From: Dicyema japonicum
Taxonomy: Eukaryota > Animalia > Dicyemida
Direction of reading: 5' to 3'
Assembly (NCBI GenBank): GCA_011109175.1
Contig: RDEW01000025.1
Location: forward strand, 465,990-529,989
Length of the DNA: 64,000 nucleotides
The translations under genes and the position numbers were made by a program. Positions 52,810-64,000 of the stretch are shown here, piece after piece (the stretch's first letter is position 1; each line of letters opens with the position of its first letter). The notes below the pieces were generated by a model. It saw only the letters and a list, made by a program, of their open reading frames with translations. It searched no databases and had not been told where the DNA came from.

Positions 52810-52983
52810 GTGTATCCAGTTTCAACTTCTACAGAAACACAGTCCATCCGGAATCAGCATAAAAGGAGAAAGACGTCCATAGTTGCAGTCGTGGAAACCC
52901 CTCGAAAGAATTGGGGAAGAGCAAATGATATTTTTTTCGTGCCAGCCAGCACTGGGCGCCACCTAGACAGGTGGATCACATGA
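52810..52983 (-). mobile_element. Isolated 5' end of the Ingi/Vingi-like LINE
   Basis: TCATGTGATCCACCTGTCTAGGTGGCGCCCAGTGCTGG...; remnant SVEVETG where the 2A peptide would lie. Confidence 0.6.
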
Positions 52984-54059
52984 TATTAAAGAACTTTAAC
53001 GAGAACCATTGCATGTGCGGCTAAGAAACAATTTTGATGTTAACTCTCCGTTTTAAATGGACAGAGTTCCAGATTATAACCTGGGTATCTGGCAACCAGT
53101 TATAGTCATAAACCTTATCTGACAATCTACAACATTACGAAGGAATTCAATAGACTCTCTGAGCACATAGAATATAGTGATATACAAAAAGAGCACTAGT
53201 GAGTTTTTTTCAAAAATTTTGGACACTGTTTATACATTCTCAACACGTCAATAGTGAAGGCTGTGGATACTAAAGGATGTTTGACCACGGTTTGCCTTAC
53301 ATACTCACATCTTTCGACAATATGTCATCTTGGACTTTTTTATTGCAAAATGTGGCGTTGAAAAGGAACTTTATTTTATTTTTATTTATTTTCCTCGGAC
53401 AGTCAATAGTAATTTTTAATGAGTATCGTGAAATTTGGCTGAAAAGAAATGTCTCACTTCTCATTATTCAACATTGCAATGAGTGAATTGCCATCCCCAG
53501 AAAACCACCTGCAGAAATCTGATGGCGTCATAATTGATGACGTCACTTAAAACCCTTTGGTCTCTGAAACAGTTGAAGACGTACATGGACAATATTGAAG
53601 AATGGTGTAATGGAAACTTTCTGTCGCACATGAGAAGTCTGGTCTGGTAAGGGTAACTGGAAGTAGGAAGCTGGATAACCTAACGAACTCGTTACAAGAC
53701 ACACTTTGAAGAAGACTTTGAAATAATATAGCTTCCTTACTGACGAGGGAGGTAATTGTATGAAACATGCTAAAATAGCATCGAAAATCTTATTCGAGGT
53801 TTTAAAACCGCATAAAAGTATCTGAGACTGATCACAAGATTTCTCTAATTGATTTCTGGGTGAGACTTTCTTGGTAGAAGTCGATTGCAAGCCAACCGTT
53901 TCGTATTATTAGCTAGGCCTTCAAAGAGTCCAGGTCATCTTCGGATCTGAACTCTTTTTAAGAGGTTCATTACTGATTCATGAGACACTTCTAAAAACGA
54001 AGTGAACGTTTTCATAGTCTTGGTCTCATTTCCTGATTAATTGTCATAACTTGAAATGA

Positions 54060-54720
54060 AAAATCCAAAGACCACGGTAACACCAAACTTACTACTCAGT
54101 GATCCCGGCACACTACAACAGAGACCTCAACTTGGCCAGATGTTCTCCCTCGAGCCACGCAAGCGCGTATAGGCCGTGCAACTGGATGCTCGTAGTCTCA
54201 TTTAATCAATTGATTGAAGAATTTGGCACGTGTCTTAATTCTATCTCGCAAAAACATCTTTATCGCTTTATGTATCCCTTTTTTCGTTTTTTCCATTAGA
54301 AATATTGGCTCCCTGAAGTTTCTTGTTCGAATATAATTTTGTCACTTCGAAAAGAAAGATTACCAAGCTAATTAAGTGAGCCCAGTTCCTAGAGTAGCAC
54401 GTCGATATATCAATTCCTAAGCCAATTTCCGTTCATAGCAAGAATGTAAAGTCAACACAATATCATCTGCATCGGAGAGTAGAGCATCATTATCAGATTT
54501 AAGAATCTCGAGATCTGCCAGAAAGAGGTTAAACAGAGCAGGTATGTAGGAGATCCTTGAGGGACTCCGTTGGGGAGGAGAAGTGAGATTAATTTAAGAT
54601 CTCCGAGCAAACACGTCCCCTTTCTTCCACTTAGGAAGTTGGTGATCTAAAGTTTGAGCTTCCCTGGGATCTCAGATTGAAAGATTTTTCTCGATAGAAT
54701 CTTCCTCGAGACTGGTTTTG
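54060..54720 (-). mobile_element. Ingi/Vingi-like RT and 3' end remnant
   Basis: GVPQGSP..PALFNLFLADL...DADDIV; GGGATCACTGA near 54100. Confidence 0.7.
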
Positions 54721-56923
54721 TGTATGTCAGTCGAGCAGAGAATGTAAATATGTTCAGAAGTAGATATCTATGGCGTACCCCTCATGGGAACCTCAAAGAT
54801 TGACACAATTGAATGGCGTAGTTGTAAACTATAGCTAAAGAAGCGTTAGATATACAACAAAAATCTACTTGGTTCGACCAGGGTCAAAGTCTGGAATAAA
54901 ACCAGGAGTAAAGGGACTCAGGTAAGCTTTGTCTTCCTTGGAAATAATCAAAATATCCCAGTGTCATTCTGGCGTGGATGCTTCAAGGATTATGTCACCC
55001 AAAACTGAATGTTTTTTGGACAGCTATTGAACTTCAAGGACAGTGGGCTATACCAATGGTGGAAGGTACACAATATAAACTCTCATATGTTCCTGAGAAT
55101 GGAGGAACTTCATCCCTATAATTGGAGATAAATATCTTGTCCGATCTCTGTTATTTTTATTTCTGCGGTTTTGTATCTTATAGGTACAAAATAAAGAAAA
55201 TTCTAGAAGAATTGCATATCAAGAGTGAAGTATTAATTTTATTTTATCGGGCCTAGATTGAACCTTTTTGTGGAAAACATTACATTGGAGAGCAGGAGAC
55301 TGAGCCCGGAAAGCCATATGGGCAGAGGGCTTAGTTGGAAAAGACGCTCTCAGAGCTACTCCAACAACCGGAATAAAACCTGTCTGATGATCAGAATAAC
55401 ATTGTTCTTACTTTGATTTTTTATCAAATAAAATATCAATAGTCATTATGGTTGTCATAACAACTAATATCAAATTTTTAAATTTATTTTAAATATTGAA
55501 AAGGTCACTTTATCTTGCGATTTCCCGGGGAAAGCAGATCGTATTGTAAACTTTAGGATGAAGGAACAGACATGAAAGAAGGATGATCTAAAATTAACTA
55601 TTGGAAAGAAAAGGTTTGACGAGCGACGCCGTCATCAGTGGATACTTACTGCGGAGCTGGATTGTCTAGAAAGGACCCACACACAAGAAAAAGAAAAAAA
55701 GGAGTGAAGCTCATTCCTTGGTTCTACGATTAGTTAAACATTAACTGTTCTTTACTTAAATAAAGTGTGTGTCCTGCCTATGCGGAGCTATAAATACTAT
55801 GGCTCTCGTGAAAAGGCTTTAAAAAATGGCTGTTCCAAAAGATTTTTATGGTTGTCTGGTCAGAATTTTAATTTTTCATATTTTGACGAGTCGGTAGTTA
55901 ATCGGAATTTTGAGGTGGTAGGTTAATTCACGGTGGCCCGAATAATCCTGGAGAAATTTAATGTGGTGCACCTAAGTGGTTGCTATGGGTTACCAGTTAC
56001 TCATTAGCTTTTGTAGTCCAAAATCAAGCTAAAGTCGACAAATGATAAAAGCCAAATGGTTTTTACTAGTCAACTGAAATTGGTCAAATAACTTTGCATT
56101 CATTGCACTTTTCACATATGCACGTGACATTTTACAAGACTATGTAAGTTCACTGTCGAAATTGATGTTTGAGGACTCACGGAAATGTTAGACTAAGCAT
56201 TTCAAGGAGACACTATCTACACATGATACTAATTTTGTGTCTTCGTATGTTTGTCCACAGCCGTGGTCTTCAACCGTTAGACAATTTTGGGGACAACCAA
56301 TTGTCAAAACTATCGATTTTTAGGCATAAGGCAATTTTCCATATGTGACGTTGGATCTTTGGATTTTGAGCACCCTGTCTATGAAGAAGCGGATAAGTTC
56401 GTCAGATGATTGGTAAAAACCCCAAGAACTCACCTCATAACAGCGTGAAAGTAAAGATTGGAACTGGATGAACTCAGCCTCTTTATAGTCGGAAAGATGT
56501 TACTGGAGAACATGGAAAGAAGAAAGCTTTTTTTGCTAAAAATGGAAAATTTTTATAGGCTGTGGTTATATCGTAAAAATATGGAACACCGCCAAATGAT
56601 GATCTTCATGTCCTTGAGTCAATAACAGATTAATTTTTTATCAGGAAAAAGAAAAAAATCAGGCACCAGCTTCCAAGAAACAATCGGGATTACTGGGAAT
56701 GATAGCAATTCCAAGACTAACCAACTCCGCTCCCGAGGATCTCCTAGCCTTGAGGAGATTACGTTTCCAATCTTCATAGATTAATTATTCCTTGTCAAAT
56801 ATTAACTCACCCCTCCCCCATTGAAAACCTTTGGTTGCCAGCAAAGGAGGTGGTTAAGAAACATGCATGTCAGTAACCGCCTACACCGAAACAAACACCT
56901 AGACATTCTTGGTAGACAAAACT

Positions 56924-59409
56924 GGTTGTAGGAAAAAAGTCAAGTGGAAAAAAAGTCAAGCGGAAAAAAAGTCAAGTCCGTAAGCGGAAAAAAAGTCAAG
57001 CGGAAAAAAAGTCAAGTTGTCTTTTTTTAGTTTATATCGCATTTTTGTGATACTACTAGCATCTTTTAATTTTTAAAAATTTTTTCAATACTTGACTTTT
57101 TTTCCGCTTGACTTTTTTTCCATTTTTGAAAATTTTTCCCTTATAAATTTTCGAAATTTAGCGCAAAACGGAAAAAAAGTCAAGTCCGTTAACGAAATTA
57201 CGGACTTGACTTTTTTTCCGCTTTGGTATAATCGCTTTGACTAAATCAATTTAAGAATTTCAAGGTAATAATAAAATTGACTTAACTTTTTTCGCTTTGG
57301 TTTAATCTTTTTGACTTGACTTTTTTCGCTTTGGTTTAATCTTTTTGACTTAATCAATACAGATTTTAAGGTTATAATTAGGCGTATTTTAAATATTATG
57401 CTTGCCGCAAAAAATAAGAGACAAAATGGAGATAATATCAACTAACAAAGGAGGAAAGAAAATTTGTTTTAAGGGTTATATGTATACAAAGCACTCGAGA
57501 CAAAAAACTATATAATTTTTAAATGTGTAAAAAAATCTTCACAAGGATGCAGAGGAAGCCTAAGAACAGATCATAATTTCGAATTTCCCAAAGAAGGAAT
57601 TTCTCACAATCACGAATTTGACGAAAGTCAAATAAAACTGATGAAATTGTGCAACGAAGCAAAACTTATTGCTAAAACGAGTCAAGAAAATCCCTTACAA
57701 ATCTATTCAAAGGTTGTGTCTGAATGTGAAACAGCAACCAGAATTATTCTCCCTTCTGCAGATTCTTTCAAGCGAACACTTAGGAATCAACGCTTGTCTC
57801 TACATATTCCAAAAAATATTTTCGATCTCGGAGATATTCCATCGTCTTTATCTTTAACTCTTGGTCCAGATTCAGAAAATTTTTTAATTTATGATAATCA
57901 TAGAAGAACCGATAGAATATTGATATTCAGCACCAAAACTAATATAACGTTATTGGCGAATTCAAAATCATGGTATATGGATGGAAATTTCTCCATGGCA
58001 CCATGTATCTTCAAGCAAATCTATTTTATCAGGATTCAGTTCAATGCCAGTGCAATTACAGTTATTTATGGAATATTACCTTCTAAATCACGAAAGATTT
58101 ACGAAGAATTTTTTGAGGCTATTCAAAATGCAATTCATAATTTGAATTTGGAATTTTGTCTTGAAACTATTATGGCAGACTTTGAAGATTCGGTATTTCG
58201 AGCTGTCCTTGCAGTATTTGGGAGACGAATACATATTAGAGGATGTTATTATCATCTAAGACAGTCAACCTGGAGAAAAATTCAAGAATTGCATCTAGTA
58301 AAACAATATAAAGAAAATATTAATTTTAACATTTTTTGCGCAATGATAGACGCTCTTGCGTTTTTACCCATTCAAGATATGGAAGAAGGAATAGAATTCC
58401 TAATGAATAATATGCCAGAAAATGTTCCAGATTCAAAATATATATTAGATTATTTTGATAGAACATATGTTCGCGGTTATTATCGTTGCTTAAATGATCG
58501 AGAAAATCCCTTAGCTGTTAGAATACAGCACATTGCTCCATTGTTTCCTCCAAATTTATGGAATGTGTATGAAGCTACACTCAATAATAAACAAAGAACA
58601 AATAACTATTGTGAAGGGTGGAACAATAAATTATACAATTTGACGGGATATCGTCATCCATCGATATGGAATATTATATCGTCATTCCAAAAAGAAGAAA
58701 AAATGACGAAAACTATTATTGACCAGGATTCCTTTGGAAAAAGAATTTCAACAAGAACAAATAAAAAAACGATTGATAGACAAAAAAGGCTTTTAAATAT
58801 ATGTCTGGATCGCCAGGACGGAAAAAAACAGTAGGAGAAGCCCTAAAAGCAATTGCATGGAATATTAAATATTCTTTTGATTCAAATTAAATAATCCCTT
58901 GATTCTCGTTAAATAAAAATCATATGTTTATAACATTTTAAAAAATTTTAAAAGTAGAAAAAATCTGTTTTATTTTTAGAATTTATTTCCACCACGTGTA
59001 GTTTTAGTTGTGGCGGGACATTTTAATTCATTAACATTAGCCAAAATTAACTATTTAAATAATTTGTTATTCTAAACTCGCTTACTTTAAAATGAAACGA
59101 TCATGAATAAAAATCTTAATTTATAAACGGAAAAAAAGTCAAGTCCGTAATTTCGTTAACGGACTTGACTTTTTTTCCGTTTTGCGCTAAATTTCGAAAA
59201 TTTATAAGGGAAAAATTTTCAAAAATGGAAAAAAAGTCAAGCGGAAAAAAAGTCAAGTATTGAAAAAATTTTTAAAAATTAAAAGATGCTAGTAGTATCA
59301 CAAAAATGCGATATAAACTAAAAAAAGACAACTTGACTTTTTTTCCGCTTACGGACTTGACTTTTTTTCCGCTTGACTTTTTTTCCACTTGACTTTTTTT
59401 CCGCACTCC
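56924..59409 (+). mobile_element. Mutator-like (MULE) DNA transposon, about 2.49 kb, with about 290-bp repeat-rich TIRs
   Basis: TIRs 56924-57220 and 59128-59409 are nearly identical; GG...CC termini; 8-bp TSD ACAAAACT at 56916-56923 and 59410-59417. Confidence 0.93.
57426..58890 (+). CDS. FLYWCH-like + MULE DDE transposase (A-run frameshifts near 57505 and 58825)
   Basis: GYMYTK...KC...C...HNH zinc finger; WYMDGNF, IMADFE, CYYH, RTNNYCEGWNNKL catalytic motifs; ORF 57641-58834. Confidence 0.9.
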
Positions 59410-60239
59410 ACAAAACTACCCGGGAATGGTCGACTCCTTTTCTTGTATGGGAGTTTGTTATTTATTCCGTGTGTGCTTAGGGATATTCGGGGAATCATTG
59501 ACAGCTTCTCACCCAGCATCACGAGTCTGTTCAAACCCATGCCCCAGAATGCTTCTACCTGCGCTCTAGCAACTATGAAAATCTCTTACAGGGAAAGTTT
59601 GCAGTGAAGTGGACTCGATGAAATCAATGCTTCCCTTAAGGACACCATCGAGGAGTGCATGCAAACAAATTTAATAAAAAAATAATTCTTAGAAAAAGAC
59701 TACTAACAATGTGAGTTAGATTAAGAAGGATCTTGTGCATCTGGAAAGCGAGAAGTAGAAGAGGGCTTGCGAAGGGGTAAACCCTGTCAGACTTGATGTC
59801 GGGAGATATCTGAAGAGCTTGTCGGGAAGATGAGATAATTTTGTTCGCGGGTACTTTGTGTCGTTTGGACAGTTTTAAAACCTCAGACTCATCCAAGATG
59901 ACTGAGATTTTCGCAGTAAATTTTGGTGCAAGACGAGGAAAATACAAATTAATGAAAAAATCCTAGAAATTTATTGTCATTGATGTTCGATTATACATCA
60001 AAAACGAAAAATTTGAAAACACACTAGCTATTTGCATGGATAACGAGTCTGAAATGCGAACTTATTGCGGAGTCTATCCATAGAAATAGCCATTCAGGGA
60101 TTCGTAAACTCTAACAAGAATGTTTGCACTCCTATTTTTCAATAAAACTGAAAATTATTGAAAGAATTTTCCAAAGTGCACAATTTGCAAGTTTTCTGCT
60201 CCACTAAAGTAGAAAATTAATTTATATAATAAGTTTCCG

Positions 60240-60854
60240 ATTCTAAATACCATGTGACTGCCAATAGACCTAATGAACGATTCCAGGCCAACCTCATAGA
60301 TGTTGCAGGCAGACCACAAATGAAACTCCATTTATAAAACTGAGAGAAGTTTCAGGAATAAACACAGTCATTCGTGTGTATAAAAGTTTATTATTTTTAA
60401 TTTCATAGAAAATGAGAGTTCGGATGATGCTTTTCCACGAACATCAGAAGATATTGACGTTGAACATAATTCAGATGTTTTAGGTATTTACTGTATAAAG
60501 TATGCTAGAAAACTTAGATTCAGATCATTTTGACCTTAATTTTTCCAGAAAATCTAAATTCAGCCTATTTAAGCGGATGAACAAAAGAATGAACGTTCAT
60601 CAATCAAAATATGACTTTTCTATTGGAAATGAGGTATTTTTAGTGAATAAAATTAGATACGAGTTTTAAAGGATTATGGGACAAATCCATCGCTAAGGTT
60701 GAGCAGATTTGAATCTCCAAATGAAGAGCCAAGTGAAATTACTCAAATTTTATCAAACAACAGAATGGAGGTTAATTTAATTTTGCTATCACAGATTAAG
60801 GCACTTTCAGGAGAATTGAAAATAGTCAACATGAGTCGAGTCAAGAAAAGATAG
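60240..60854 (+). mobile_element. Ginger/TDD-like integrase remnant carrying tiny spliceosomal introns
   Basis: TANRPNERFQANLIDV; introns 60386-60408, 60484-60508, 60634-60656, 60771-60794 leave an open frame ...VHQSKYDFSIGNEIRVLKDYGTNP...VNMSRVKKR*. Confidence 0.55.
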
Positions 60855-60914
60855 ACTTTAAAAAAAATAAATTCTTTGATTTTTGATTAGAAACCAATTA
60901 TTCCTATTTACTAG

Positions 60915-62205
60915 CCAGGATGTTCGCAGAGCCATATCCAAAGCCAACAACTCAGAGGTCAACGGACCAGACACATAACCACATGTGAACTGAAGCACCT
61001 AGGCCATCGAGCCCTGGAACTATTAACCAATATATTCAACCTATCCATTAACATGAATACAATCCCTGAAATATGGAAGAGGTCTCTAATCAAACCTATT
61101 CGAAAACCCAACAAACCAATAACCATCTTCCTACTGCCCAATATCTATTCTGAGTCCGGTCTCAAGGATCTTTGAAAGACTTGTTTTGGAAAAAGTACAA
61201 GACTCAATCTCAATACCTTCGACCCAGCACGGATTCCGGGGTAACCAATCGATCACAACACACCTCAACCCTCACACAATTCATTGCGGAAGGATTTAAC
61301 TCCCCCAAACCCCATCAGAGGACAGTACTTATATCCGTGGACATCACAAAAGCGTTCGACTCAGTCCCTAGGAAACTCCTTACAAAGAAAATATTTGAAA
61401 TCAACATCCAACCGAACTTGAAACTGGCTTGGAAACTTCTTAAATGGAAGACGGGCAGAAGTACTCTGCAGCAACATCAAATCAAGATCAGAAGATGCAT
61501 TCAATCAGCGACTCAGTCCGCTCAACAAATGTTTGACAAGCTGAACTATGGTTCTCGAAGCGGAGACTCGACACATCAGCAACAAAGTCCTCTGTCACGC
61601 TGTTTACCACTTACAAAAGACAGTTCTGTGTCGAACCAAAACTCTTTATGAAGAACGAGGCTATTCTTATTAACAAAACACCGGACTCACTTTTATCCGA
61701 CATGTTGAAAACATAGTAACTTTTGCTCTGAGAAAAATGAAAATTTTAAAAGTGCTCTCAAAAACACTTAGAGACCAAATTGGTGGCCTTGCCACGATTT
61801 ATGAACAATTTATCCGACCAACGATGACGCATGCAAGTCCTTCATGGGCAATGCAGATTTCACGATCCTCTTCATTGAAACTATCCGCAATCGAGGAGAC
61901 CGCAATAAGGTTAATTGGACCAGAATACAAAATCCAGCCCATTGAAAATTTCTTAATCGAATTACAACAGAAACTCTTAAAGAAGGCTAGTTTACCGAGC
62001 TGCCCTCTATTCCATACACTATCGAAATATCTACAATCATACAGAAATTTTGAGCCGATGCCATGTCCAATGAGAAGAGCTGTTCAGGATTCTCGACCCC
62101 ACCGGACTCGTCCTCTTCCTTGTCGGTCTGGGATCACTTAGTTAGATGAGAACTTTTATTTTTTTTCTCTTTGACCCAGTGATCCTGGGGTAATAATAAT
62201 AATAT
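60915..62205 (+). mobile_element. 5'-truncated Ingi/Vingi-like LINE (RT to 3' end)
   Basis: GPDHIT, IPEIWK, GFNSPKPHQRTVLISVDITKAFDSV; ORF ends ...CRSGIT*; (TAA)n tail. Confidence 0.85.
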
Positions 62206-62419
62206 TGATTGAATGACAGGTGACATGTCAATTGACAGGTGAAATGTAACCACCACGGGATAAGTAACCTGTGCATACCTATACCTCTTCGGAGACTCGC
62301 AAAATGGCTAACTTTCCGGTGGGTTCGAGCATTGCTTTTCAGACTATTAGGAATGAAGGGGTCCTTGAGGTGAGTCAAAGATCGAAAAATAATGCCCCTA
62401 GGTCTGAAATGATACATGT

Positions 62420-63300
62420 GGCCTTCATCAAGAAAGCATAACGGTAGCTTCAGGATGGGTGACGTTTCCAGGAGTTGTAAAAAAGACGGAACTGTTTTTT
62501 TAAGGAAACTAATAAAACCTCCGTAAGATTGTGGTAGCTACTCCCAACTTAGCCTATGCCTATCGTCGCTAAAATCTCCGAGAGAGTGATACATCAAAGA
62601 CTACTTCAAGAATGTATAATAAAAGACACTTTTTCGAACTTTCAGATGGGGTTCCTTGAGGAACGACTCAACGGTGATTATTTTTAATCTGCCGTCAAGC
62701 AGAAATGAAACAGCGTCAAGTGAAGCTGTTAACTAGATGTAGAGAGGGCGTTCGACTTGTTATGACATGATTCCCTTCTATGTGCCCTCACTGAAGCGTG
62801 AATCTCTCTCTAATTAAGAAGTTGGATCTCTTAGCTTCTTAGAGGCCTACGTGCGGCATAGAGGCTGTCGATCTAGTTCTGACCACGAAGTTCTGCAGAG
62901 GGTCGGTTCTTAATTCTACCCTGTTAAACATATTTTTGTTGCCACCTCCTACTCAGTCAATGTGAGGAATGAAATTGTTGTCTATTTTGATGACGTCGTA
63001 CTCTGGGATCACTCTTGGAGACTAGATCTGCGTGTTTGAGAACGCAAGACGCAGTAGATATGCTGATGTGAGAGTAGTGAGGTCTCAGAACAGGGTTTCA
63101 TGTAACGGTCATAGGGAGGATGAACTACCATTGAGTTACTTTCAACTCTAAGAGTAGCGTCCTGGAGCACGCGGCCTTCATTAAGAGGCAAGTATTAAAA
63201 GATCGGGGGCTCTTCACGATCCAGCTGAGCCGAGGTACCTGGGTCAAAGTGTTCAATGCCGGGTAGTGCCTATTTTCACATATTGAGGGCACTGGTGTTT
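62420..63300 (+). mobile_element. Degenerate RT remnant
   Basis: PIVA, QMGF, LDVERAFD, QRVGS, YFDDVVL. Confidence 0.55.
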
Positions 63301-64000
63301 CAGTGAGAAAATCGAAGTGTTTTGAAATTCTTAGGAAAGTTAAGAGACGTGCAATACAGTATTCTTTAGGAATATGTTAAAAGGCATCGTTTACACAAAG
63401 AGCTTTTCCAGAATTCTTGGATCCTCAGAATATAATCGGGAAGATCCTTTGAAGATTAAGATGTGAAAGTTGAAAAAAGATAATTATGGGCAAGGGAAAA
63501 AGAGGCGTCCTGAAAACGTTAAGAAAAGGACGGAATGATGGTCTCCTTACACAGTTCATCATCCAGCAAACTGGAATAATCGGATAATACTTCGCGTAAA
63601 ATTTTTGACTTTATTGACAAAAACCGCACTAATAATGACGCGATGTCTCTTGCAGAACACTGGGATCGCGATCATGAGGGGTACTTCTTTGGACAATTTG
63701 AAGTCCATTGAAGTGAAAAAAAAACTTTATAAAAACATATATTGGCTAGTGAACTAGAAATTAGCCTAATATTAACGAAGTAGCCCTTTTCATCATCACA
63801 GAGCTACCAAAACGACTTCCGATTGGCCATGGCGAGGGTGGACGAGGAATATCTCAAAGAAAAGATAGGAACCGACGGAAAGGCCAACGGACGGGGGAAA
63901 CCAGCCCAGTCAGAGACCACACATAACAATGACTACTTTTTGGTAGGAGAATTAGTAGTCGTTTGCGGAGGATGAAGGAATCTTGCCCACGAGTAGAGCG

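Noticed and set aside
56930-57290. Regularly repeated 16-mers resembling a CRISPR array
   Set aside because: No unique spacers, mirrored at 59128-59409 as transposon TIRs, eukaryotic context, no cas genes

Overview
Eukaryotic, AT-rich nuclear DNA from a highly divergent animal. The ATP synthase gamma and EEIG1/FAM102 sequences are metazoan-like, and nearly all introns are tiny GT-AG introns of 22-29 nt, which fits a reduced parasite such as a dicyemid or myxozoan (taxon is inference). Host genes reconstructed by manual splicing: PDZ-less PSMD9/Nas2, a RhoGAP lacking its arginine finger, a secreted micro-exon protein, ATP synthase gamma, RPA12, NOP10, a PAK kinase, EEIG1/FAM102, a divergent cytosolic Hsp90, and three tRNAs (Ser-GCT, Gln-TTG, Val-AAC). 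Much of the rest is transposon-derived: RTE-like LINEs, an Ingi/Vingi-like LINE family, CRE-like and R4/Dong-like RLE retroelement fragments, Ginger/TDD-like integrase elements, a hAT MITE stuffed with about 6.5 kb of nested insertions, and a recent MULE with long foldback TIRs. Best novelty candidates: (1) the Ingi/Vingi-like family, whose conserved 5' terminus (TCATGTGATCC) is the reverse complement of a conserved motif spanning its ORF stop codon (GGATCACNTGA), together with a 5' hairpin and an N-terminal 2A-like peptide; (2) a Schistosoma-MEG-like gene built of symmetric phase-1 micro-exons; (3) recurrent single-base gaps at G-runs in four conserved genes, most likely assembly error but testable for editing. 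All calls are by eye; no searches were run.
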